Positions 1-9,714 of a stretch of 64,000 nt of DNA are shown here, piece by piece. The notes below the pieces were generated by a model. The model saw only the letters and a program-made list of their open reading frames with translations, made no database searches and was not told the DNA's origin. The DNA is from Guillardia theta CCMP2712 (taxonomy: Eukaryota; Protista; Cryptophyta), in the NCBI RefSeq assembly GCF_000315625.1, contig NW_005434665.1, positions 198,969-262,968 on the forward strand, written 5' to 3'. Numbering within the stretch: position 1 is the stretch's first letter; the number at the start of each line of letters is the position of its first letter. Both the position numbers and the translations under genes were made by a program.

Positions 1-640
1 ATCCTCAGGCCAGAGAAGATGCCGGAGGTGGGGATAGAGACTACCTCCTGCTCCTCTCCTGCCCCTCGTCCTCTCCTCCCCGTCCTCTCCTCCCCGTCCT
101 CTCCTCTCAGTCGCTACTCCTCTCCTTTCCTTGTTCTCCTCTCCAACCCCTTTCTATTCTCCCATCCTCTTCTGCCTGTTCCCTTGTTCTCACCATGGAC
201 CAGGTGGAACGTCTGCGCAAGTTCCGGCACCAACTCATGTCGGAGGGTTACCTTCCTCCTGAACCAGAGTCCTACAATAACAAGGCACGCGCTCCCTCCT
301 CCCTCCTCCCTCCTCCCTCCTCCCTCCTCCCTCCTCCCTCCCCCCTCCCCCTCCCCCCTCTTCTCACCCCTACATCGTCCTTCCTCCTTGCCTCCCCACA
401 ACTTCTCCCAACCTTCCTTCCATACGAATGTTCGTCTCGTTCCTGTCCTGCTCTGCCCTCCTAGCCTCCTCTTCTCACCGCTCCTGCTCCTGCTCCTCCC
501 TTGTTCTGAACTCGCTGCAGCACATGAAGCGCGTCTACGACTCCATGGGGATCCAGAAGGACGAGCTGCAGTGGCAACTTGACCTCTTTGCTCGCAAGGG
601 GCTCAAGTTCAAGCCCGACAAGAAGCTGCGGAGTACGTGA
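1..640 (+). CDS. 3' end of an unidentified spliced gene (partial)
   Basis: Exons ILRPEKMPE | VERLRKFRHQLMSEGYLPPEPESYNNK | HMKRVYDSMGIQKDELQWQLDLFARKGLKFKPDKKLRST* join in phase across CT-rich introns. No family recognised. Confidence 0.55.
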
Positions 641-745
641 GGGAGAGAGCGAGTGCTGGAGGAGAGGTGCCACGTATGGTACCCAGGAGGAAGAAGAGGA
701 AGAGGATAGGGGTGGAGTTGTAGGGAGAGGAGGAGGGAGGGAGGA

Positions 746-845
746 NNNNNNNNNNNNNNNNNNNNNNNNNNNNNNNNNNNNNNNNNNNNNNNNNNNNNNN
801 NNNNNNNNNNNNNNNNNNNNNNNNNNNNNNNNNNNNNNNNNNNNN
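746..845. other. Assembly gap (100 N)
   Basis: Run of N flanked by GA/CT-rich low-complexity sequence. Confidence 0.99.
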
Positions 846-948
846 TACCCCTACCCCTTACCCCTCCCTCCCCTCCCTCCCTCCCCTCCCCTCCCCTCCC
901 TCCCCTCCCTCCCTCCCTCGACATTCTCGCTCCTCATCATCTCATCTC

Positions 949-1849
949 ACCCCTTGATGGTCACCAGGCTCTCGCCCTTCTCCTCCTCCCCGGGCTTGGG
1001 CGGGTGGATCTGAACCTTGGCGTGAGACTTTCCTGTGATGATCTTGATGTTGACTCCTCCCTTGCCGATGATGGCCCCCACCCGCCCTGTCGGCACCTTG
1101 AGCTGGATCTCTCTCGTAGCCTTCTTGGGCCCCTTCCTCTCCACAGCCTCCGCCACCAGCCTGTCCCCCACGTACGCCCAGCGGTTCTCAATACGGTCGT
1201 TCTTTCCTTTCCCCTCCTCCGTCTTGGTCGTCTCCTGCGCCCCTGCCTTGCGCCGCATCTCCTCCTGCCTCGCGCGCTCCTTGTCGATCTCCTGCTGCCT
1301 CGCCGCTTCCTCCATCGCTCGCTGCTTCCGCTCCTGGTCCATGAAGTATCGCTCGCGCTCCGCAGGGTCCAAAGAGTTGAGCCAGTCCTCGTGCTCTTTC
1401 TTCTTGCGCTCGCGCTCCTTCTCCATCTCCTCCTGTGCTTTCTTCCTCTGCTCCAGCTCCTTCTTGATCCTCGCGTCGCGATCAGCGGCGCTCTCCACGG
1501 GCTTCGCTGGCTTGTCGGAGAGGAAGTCGTCGAGGTCATCCTCCTCCTCCTCTTCCTCGAACTGATCGACAAGTTAGATGCCTCACGCGCTCTTGCTTCA
1601 CGTCTCACCTCCTCCGCATGGCTTTGCTCCATGTACTGCTGCAGGTCATCCTCATCTGCCATCTCCCCCTGCACCCCAGCAGTGAGATGAGCTAAGAGGA
1701 CGAGAAGGAATGTCGCGACGAGAGGATCAAACCAAGCAAGAGCGAGAGAGGAGAGGGGGAGAGGGGAGGGAGAGAGGTGGTAGGGCCGAGTGAAAGGCAG
1801 TGCAAGATACCTCGAAGTCGTTGTCCTCCTCTACCTTGACGCCCTCCAT
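949..1849 (-). CDS. KH-domain RNA-binding protein with acidic N-terminus and coiled coil (3' part probably lost in the gap)
   Basis: KH GxxG motif in IQLKVPTGRVGAIIGKGGVNIKIITGKSHAKVQI. Upstream exons MEGVKVEEDNDFE | GEMADEDD.. are bounded by GT-AG. A donor at about 948 leads into the gap region. Confidence 0.75.
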
Positions 1850-1896
1850 CTTTGAGCTGAGCTCCTCCTCTGCGAGAACTTTACAACAATGGCGTG

Positions 1897-3736
1897 TTAA
1901 GTACTACACGCACCTTCATTCGGCGACGGCGAAGCTTTCTTGCCGGGAGTGGGAGGATGAGTGGGGTTAGGGGAGGCAGGAGGTTTCTTGGCAGCAGGGG
2001 CAGGAGGCGGAGCCATGCCAAACTTTTGCAGAGCCGCAAGACGGGCTGCTTCTTTCTGAGCTTCCGTCATGCCTCCTCCTCCTCCTCCTCCTCCTCCTCC
2101 CTTGCCCTTCTTCTTCTTGTTATTCTTTCCTCCTCCTCCTCCTCCTCCTCCTCCGCTCTTCACTTCAGTGGCAACTGGCTCCGGCTCCGGCTCCGGCGTC
2201 TCCTCTTCTGCCTGAACTTCTTCCTCTTCGTCCTCGTCCTCATCCTCGTCGTCCTGACAACAAGCATCAGGAAATCGCTTTCCTCCCCTATCCTCCCACC
2301 TGCTTCGATTTCTTCTTCTTCTTCCCCCTTCCGCTCTCGCGCTCCTTCTGAAGGTGAGCGAGGAGCTCTTTGATAGGAGCACGGCCCTTCTCAAGGATCT
2401 TCCTCGCCTTGCTGTCCTTGAGTGGATTCTCGTCCAGGTTCAGGTGCAGCAGGACCTTCTCAGAGAAGTCGCTCATCTCCACTGGCAGCTCCTTGATCTT
2501 GTTGTTGGACAAGTTCAGTGACGTCAGCGCTCCCAGCCGCCCGATCTTCTCGTCCAGATCGTCGATCTCGTTGTAGCTCGCGCTCAGAGTCGCCAGCCTC
2601 GTCAGCTTCTTGTACGCAAGAGGAGACAGACTATCGATCTTGTTCTGGTCGAGCTTGAGGGTGACCAGGTTGTGCAGGGCGGAGAGGGGAGCGATGCTCG
2701 TGATGGAGTTGCGGCAAGCGTCGAAGACTTCCAGCATTTGCAGCGACTCGATGCCAGCAGGGAGCTCGTTTACGTTGTTGTCAGTGAACTCCAGGTTCTT
2801 GAGACTGACCAGCCGCTCGATCTCAGGTGGCAGGCGCGTCAAGGAGTTGTGGCTGACGATGAGGGTTGTGAGGTTCTTCAGCTTCGCTAAGTCAGACGGC
2901 AGCTCAGTGAGCGACTTGGCCGGCATGCGGAGCTTGAGGTTGTTGATGTGCCTGCACTGCCACAGCAACGGGTCAATGTCTGTCTCCTTTCCCTGCTGCT
3001 TCAGGCACACTAGCTCGCAGTGCTTGCTCGCGATGCACTCTTTGATCTCTGGCCACTTGGCATCGTCGGGATTCAGATTCAGCTCCTCCTCTTCCTCCTC
3101 CTCGTCTCCTTCATCAATCCCCTTCTTGCCGCTTTCTTCCTTCTTTGCAATGCCAGAGAATTTCTCCTTCTCCATCTTCATGGCCTTGATCCTCTTTCTC
3201 CTCTCTGAAGCAGTCTCGCCTTCGATAAACTCCACCTCATCTTGGCCGTCATCCTCCTCCTCCTCTTCCTGGAACCCTCGCTCGAACCATTTCACGATAG
3301 CCTCATGCTTGAACTGCTTGGCATAGTCCAACGCTACCTTGCGCTCATCGGACAGGGTGGAGGTACAAACTCCGTTCTCGTAGAGCAGCACGGCACATTC
3401 GTAGTGGCCGTTTCTGCATGCCCACATGAAGGCCGTTAGACCAACATCCTCATCCTTAACCTCCAGCTCCTCGTACACACGCGGCTTCCCCTTGCTCGTT
3501 CCTCTGATGTCCCCTCCTCCTCTGCCCATGATCATCCTCCTGATATGATCCACGATGCTCTCCAAGGAACGCACTTTGCCGTTCTTAGCTGCAACGTGGA
3601 TACCACAGTAGCCATCGTCGTCACGAGTGAAGGGAGTGATACCTCCATAGTTGAAGCACCACCTTATCGTGTCTTGCTTCTGGGATATGATGGAGCTCCA
3701 GAACTGATTTCCCTTGTCTCCGCCCTTGGGTGGCAT
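1897..3736 (-). CDS. Ankyrin-repeat plus leucine-rich-repeat protein with Gly/Pro-rich tail
   Basis: ANK motifs (GYCGIHVAAKNG, GLTAFMWACRNGH) and tandem LxxLxLxxNxL repeats. One short intron after KKKKSKQ joins ORF 2288..3766 to ORF 1897..2394. Confidence 0.85.
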
Positions 3737-4456
3737 CTGAGAACAGAGAGTCAGTGAAGACAACAAGCAACAAAGACAAAATTCACTTCACTTGCACTCA
3801 GACGGCATCTAGTTTTCCAGACTGCCGTCTGACATCTCCCCTCCTTTCACCTCCCTATCTCCTCACAGTCTTCCTCCCCCCCCCCTGCCCCGCAACATCG
3901 TCACATCTGCCCGTCTCCTCGCCCTCCTCCTGCTGCAGTTCCTTCCCCTCCTCCTCCATGTTTCCTCTCACTGACGAAATTAGACGCGCCATGCGCACGT
4001 GGCATACCCCACATCCCCACACATTTGATCCGGTGCGGGCCCGCGGCGCGGGCCGGGCCGGGCCCGACCTTCAGTGACGCCGGGAAGTTTGGCGCGGACT
4101 CTTAGTCACAGTGGCCGCGCCGGTGTACCGTCCGGTCACTGCCGTGAGCCTTCAGTGGACACGCGGCCGGAGTGACACTGCGGTCCGACCGAAACTCAGT
4201 ATTAAGTTCATTTTATTTCACGGTGGTAATAATGTACGAATGATCCCCGAGTCGGCCTCGGATTTTGCTAGGCCACCGCTTTCAACTTCAACGGTGTCAA
4301 TCCCGCCGCCGATCCGACCACGACTTCAGTAGGAAAGGAAATTCAGCTGCAGAAATGAAATTTTTGCCATCGGTAAGAGGGAGAAGAAGGTCAGTGGAGC
4401 TCAAAGATATCCATGGCGCAGTATACGTGGCCGGCGGTCCGAGTGAGCCAGCCCGA

Positions 4457-5740
4457 TCATCGGATTAAGCCAGGTGCGGCATAGATCCACGGCCCCTGGT
4501 CACTCAACGAATGGCGACGTTTCAGTTGCCGACTTACATCAGCAAGTGACTGCTTCATCAGCTGCTGCTGCTCCTCAAAGATTTGCTTCATTTCAGGATC
4601 GAGATCCTGCTTTTCCAGCATGTTGGCTATATTAGTCAACGTCGACATGATGATGCTGTGACTCTTGTACAGATCTGTCTGTTGCCTGATCGCTTCGGAT
4701 TGAATCTGTACGGATCTCAATTCCGCATCACTTGGATGAGACAACTCTTCGGATTCCTTCTGGGGTCCAGGTTCGCTTAGGCGCGTCTGATCTCGACTAG
4801 GGATCGGGAGTGAGTCTCGATCGGTGAGCTTCTGACGTTTCTCGACCTGATTGTCTCCCTGATAGTCCCCAGTCTGCGACTGTACACTTGCAGATGGCAA
4901 GGACTCGCCCGTTCTGCCCTCTGAGTCTGCCGGAGTATCGTCGGGAAACCTGCTGGGCAAGGGATTGACCAACATTCGGGTAATCTCCGGACACTCTCCC
5001 CCTTCATGAAGCCTTCGTAGGTAGTAGACTTCGTACCACGTGACCCGATACTTGGGCTCGTTCGGCCTCGTAGATTTCTTGCCAACACAATGATTGATGA
5101 AGTCTTTCTCATCGGCTGGTTTGTCCCCAGCCTCGGCCTTCCAGTTCTTCTCAGCTGATGTATAAGTCCTCCTCATTTCCTCTATCCTCTTGTTCACTGA
5201 CTCAGCATCGATCTTTTTGGGGTCTCGACTCGGATCCACCTTGGATCCTAGGTTCGGATCCTCTGCGAAACGATTCTTCGGCATCCACTTGGTATCGTTG
5301 AACTGATCCGCTATCATCTGGAGGGCCAAGTTCCTATCAGGCAGGATCTCTGAGGCGCCCTTGTCTTGCATTCGCAGGGCATTTTGCACTTGCACACGAA
5401 TCGAAGGGATCAGAATGGCCTCGAGCAATCTGACTCCTTCTACGCTGTGCCTCCAGTAGTTGACGCCTAACCTCCCTGGACGAGCAGATTCTCCAGCTGT
5501 AGACGCTGGAATCGACGGGGGGTCAGAAGGCTTTGGTTGGAACGCACAGGTTCCATTCTTTCCACAGAACTTAAGGCGTTGTCCCTCCGCTCCCTCCTTC
5601 CCTGGATCGACTCGGCTGAACCAGCACTTATCACATAATCTATGTTTACATGTGAAGGTGATGAAGAGTCGGAACGGATCCAGTATGACCCCACATTCTG
5701 CACAAAGTGTGATGCCCCTGATGCCTTCTGGTGTTGCCAT
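4457..5740 (-). CDS. Single-exon 427-aa protein: N-terminal RING-like Zn finger, possible Myb/SANT-like helical domain, C-terminal coiled coil
   Basis: CAEC-x14-CKHRLCDKC...C-x5-C pattern in a clean long ORF. The central domain call is tentative. Confidence 0.7.
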   Translation of the reverse strand: MATPEGIRGITLCAECGVILDPFRLFITFTCKHRLCDKCWFSRVDPGKEGAEGQRLKFCGKNGTCAFQPKPSDPPSIPASTAGESARPGRLGVNYWRHSVEGVRLLEAILIPSIRVQVQNALRMQDKGASEILPDRNLALQMIADQFNDTKWMPKNRFAEDPNLGSKVDPSRDPKKIDAESVNKRIEEMRRTYTSAEKNWKAEAGDKPADEKDFINHCVGKKSTRPNEPKYRVTWYEVYYLRRLHEGGECPEITRMLVNPLPSRFPDDTPADSEGRTGESLPSASVQSQTGDYQGDNQVEKRQKLTDRDSLPIPSRDQTRLSEPGPQKESEELSHPSDAELRSVQIQSEAIRQQTDLYKSHSIIMSTLTNIANMLEKQDLDPEMKQIFEEQQQLMKQSLADVSRQLKRRHSLSDQGPWIYAAPGLIR

Positions 5741-6335
5741 ACTGACAGATGGAGAGAGGAAGAGGAAGAGGACAAGGAATCTGAGAGGAGAGTCGGCGAT
5801 TTCCTACACTGACTGCAAGGGCATGGCGCGAAAGATCTGGCGGGAGTTTTAAAACTTCGACAATAAACTTTCAACTTCACTGGGAAATGTTTCGACGTCT
5901 GAAAGTTTGTAAAGTTGGACCTGTGACCGTACACCGATGCCGGCCTATGATGTTGCACCGAATGCTGAAGATCAAGAGCAAGAGCAAGAGGAGGAGGAGG
6001 AGAGGAGGAGGAGAATGCAGCAGAGTATTGTATGATAGGAAGCAAGGAATGAGTTGCAGGGCTGACAGAAGGTGTAGCGATTCGCCAGGGTATGACAAAG
6101 GTGCTTACAACTGGAACGCCCCTAGGACCAGAGACAATTAATTCCATAAAAATGCATCTTCGAAGAGCAATCCATCTCGACGAAATGAGAGATTTGATCT
6201 TTGGATCATTGAAAGAAATATTGTCCTGTAATAGATGAGACCGATGAGGGTTATTTATTACCAGGAATAGAATGTTCAACCGTGACTAAGCAAATTGTTT
6301 CTGGACAGGATCTTCATTTTCTTCCTCGATTCGTC

Positions 6336-7000
6336 ATGTCAGTCACTTCTTCAACAAGTCACGATAGCTCAGAACACTCAAACAACCTTCTAGTGAGAGG
6401 CGCCAAGCATCTCAAATGCTGGTCGAAAGGATCCGAGAATCTGCAGCACAAGTTCTGTATGGCCTTCACCTTGGACTATACGGTTTACAACTTTCAGATT
6501 GCGTATAACGAGAAGCGATGGTTCATTCAAAAGAGATATAGCCAATTTGACAAACTAGACAACGTGGTGAGTTGTGATTTCCGTCGTGTCCGAAGTTTAG
6601 TGTGTTGCAGTTGAACGAGAAATTCCCCGACGTGATGATCAGTGTTCAGCGGCTGCCTCCTAAGAAACCATTTGGAAGTCTTAGCCCAGCTCTCATTGCT
6701 ATGAGGCAGAAAAGCCTCGACGCCTACCTGCAAGCCATCCTGATTCGTCCGGTTCTTGTCAGGAGCGAGGAAGTCAGGGACTTTATCGGTACCTCCCCAA
6801 CATCACTCACTTTCACGTGACGAATATTTGTCAGATATGCCCTACGACGTCAGAGAACTGTATGGCGAAGAACAGAGACATCTCATTGCAGCACAGGATG
6901 CGCTTCGTTGATAACATTCATTGACATGTTGTGTTAGTGTTAAAGGGTTGAGATCATCTGAGGTACTCAGGGGCTGGAGACTCCGTCTGACTATTTCTAA
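6336..7000 (+). CDS. Small PX (phox homology) domain protein; ends approximate
   Basis: YTVYNFQI..WFIQKRYSQFDKLD | LNEKFP..LPPKKPFG..MRQKSLDAYLQ..SEEVRDFI is a typical PX pattern, split by short introns. Confidence 0.8.
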
Positions 7001-7073
7001 CAAAAGAGTTTCTCGTGAAGGAATGAAGCACTGGTGTAGTGTTGACATTGTACATCCCTGCTGCAAAACAAAA

Positions 7074-8760
7074 TCAACATGTGACAATAAACTTAATTGT
7101 GTCCTGCTCACTGGTTGAATTTTCTGACCCCGTCAAGCCTGTTGGCTGCGTAGACCCAACATTGCTCCGTCTGAAAGCAATCATTCATGAACCATCTGAC
7201 CACTTGAAGAATTCAGGAGAAATTCTACCTCGGCGGTCTAATTGGCTGGTCGTCTGTTACGAGGAGATCTGAAAGCGCCTGTGCTGGGAGTTCAGAAAAA
7301 AGAGCCTGACAGGTAAAACGGCTTTCACCTGATTCAAAGACCTCACGTGGTCGACCACGTCATCCATGCTATGAATCGCTCCGGTCTTTGTGATAGCGCT
7401 GAGTTGCACTGGATTTTCAACACCCTGCGAGCCTGTGCACACACGTGAGCGCTTCGACATCGCTCTCTGCTCGTCAGACCAGCGGAGCCTGGGGATCCGT
7501 TTGGCATGGCGTTCACCCCAGGGGCATAACGTTGATCCGAATGTTCGAAATCATTCAAATGATCCAGCGAAGAAAATTGTCTTGTTGCCATCATTGTGTG
7601 ATTCATTTGCTTCAACTGCATAATAGACAGTTATGAATGGAATCAAGCTTTGGTGAAATTGCAAGACCTGCGACAATTCTTGCTCGATTGAATTTTCAGC
7701 ATCAGGAAGGGCGAAGGGGTATTGAGCAGGAGGGTTGTCAGACCTTGAAGCCTTCTGAAAATTCATAATCATATCAATTTTAACTGAGACTTCGAAGATG
7801 ATGATGGCAATCGATTACCTGCTTCGCAAATTCTTCTTCCATAGCAGTTGAAATAGCCGTCTTCGTCACTGAGTCTGTTGTTTTGAAGAAAGTGACTGTT
7901 CCGTAGCTTGACCACTTCCCATCCTGTAGATTCCATAACCTGAACATTGAGTGAGACTTATTACACACAGAGATGGGATCATACGTATCCCAGAAAAGAA
8001 CTCCAAATACGTTCTTGGAAAGCAGATCAGCCAGAGCAAAGCAAACCAATATTACACTGCAAATCTGTCAAGTCTAGACAAACAAGGCATCAAAACACCT
8101 TTCACTGGCGACACATGCACCTTCAACCGAAAGGACGAAGAACAGTGGATACATCGTCCACGATGTGAAGAAAATCACTGCCAGCAACCTGATTCTTTTT
8201 GCAATGATCAAATCAATCTCGCTGCCGCTTTCTTTGTAATGTTTCTCTGCAGCAGTGAAGGTGTGATAATTGATAAAGCAAATTAAACCAAAGATTGCCA
8301 TTGCAATAATGAAGAATAGCCACTTGAGAGACTGGTTATGCGTCAAGGCCGCTGTATGCCCGAAGCATATCATGAGAGTGCTGAAATACATCTGCATGAC
8401 ATTGAGGTCAACTCCATAGATTCGAACAGCTGCCATGCCGTTGATCTGGTTCAAGATGATCGGGACTGTTGCCAACCACAGGACGGTCCTTGTCCACAGA
8501 ACTTGCCTCCCATCCCACAAGAGGATGTATCCAATCTCAGAGTATCCAAGGCCATACACGAAGCATTCGGTGAGGGGAACCAAGACAAACTCCCAGGTTC
8601 CCCTCGGGTATCGCAGAGCGAAGAACACGGCTTGGCAGGCACACATAATCCCCCAGCATAATTCAAAAGTTCGAACGCCCAGGTCAATGTTTGAAAGAGT
8701 TACACAGCTTGGATTTTGTGCCGCCCATTCTCCTATATTCAGATTCGTGAAATTAGACAT
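7074..8760 (-). CDS. Anion channelrhodopsin-like microbial (type 1) rhodopsin, 7TM plus long cytoplasmic tail, about 440 aa, about 8 exons
   Basis: Exons 8760-8099, 8056-7985, 7939-7819, 7754-7668, 7615-7480, 7432-7329 and two further tentative exons splice in frame via 42-64 nt GT-AG introns. Motifs: GEWAAQNPSC, ACQ, TWE, PLTE, WTRTVLWLATVP, SWTMYP, GACVASE, LADLLSKNVFG, LWNLQDGKW. These match the GtACR1/2 pattern as recalled. Confidence 0.92.
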
Positions 8761-9714
8761 GCTTCAACTCTACCATGCAAAAGTACCGTATACGACGCTC
8801 ATTGCACTTGATCAGGCGTACGAGAATTAAAATTGACAGTGCATGGACAGCCGATCTTTCTCCTCCTTTCCCTGCAAAGTCGTGTCAGCAAATTCCAACA
8901 AATCTGCTCTATTTCAGAAGCAACCGACACTGACTGTTACGAGCTGCAATCGCCTATGCAGTAGATAACAGTATCTCTACTAATTTCCACTGTTTACATC
9001 ACTAAGTATCGTCTGATATCAGTTTAATTTCAAAGATCTTCAAATTTCATATCGTGTCCGAATGTCGACGTCACGTCTCTCCGAAGAGAGTGAGATTTTG
9101 TTCTCCACTCAAATTCTCTCCCATGCTGTTTACTCGCGAAATAACTTTTGCTCGTGATTCAGTGCGCTTCTCAGAGCTTCTCTCTTCCTCCTCATCCTTC
9201 TTCTCCTCCCTCTCCTCTCATTTCTCTTCTCTCCGCCCTGCCATTGCTTCTGCTTCAAATCAGCCGTTTCACAGACACTGACCACCCCCTTTCTCCTCCG
9301 CTGTACAGTATGACCCCTACCCTCATCAATAACATCAAGTACCCACCCGTTACACTTTCCCCCTAGTCGGACATTTCACCCCACCCCCTTCCTTTCAGTC
9401 CAGGTCATGGCCCTATCTCGAGTCCACTTTCCGCTTGTCTGTATCTGGGCTGGCCTACTACCCCTTTGAATCCCCTAAAAGGACCCCTCCCCAGGTGTAC
9501 CACCTCCACCCCCTCGTACTGGTCTTTTAAAGGCTACGACTAGGGTGTCAAGACCGACTACCCCTACTTCTCATGATCGGTACCCTACAAATGATGTGAC
9601 ATGGACCCCTACCCACCAAGTTGAGCCATTTACTACCCCTGCGTTCGACCCATTTTGCACAACTCAGATTCAAAGTTTTGTAACTGTTCGTAACGTGGTC
9701 GGTTGTCGGCAGCA

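Noticed and set aside
961-1690. Overlapping 176-237 aa ORFs in other frames
   Set aside because: Shadows of the GC-rich KH/coiled-coil gene, apart from one short true exon at the start of 961..1674.
5467-6279. 270-aa minus-strand ORF
   Set aside because: Low-complexity, non-ATG start, overlaps the 427-aa gene out of frame, and has no motifs.
8074-8760. Rhodopsin as a truncated 6-TM pseudogene, a proton pump or a BR-like cation channelrhodopsin
   Set aside because: TM7 with the Lys is supplied by the next exon through canonical introns. There is no DTD/DTE motif in TM3 (Leu at the D85 position), and the N-terminus and TM7 match ACRs.
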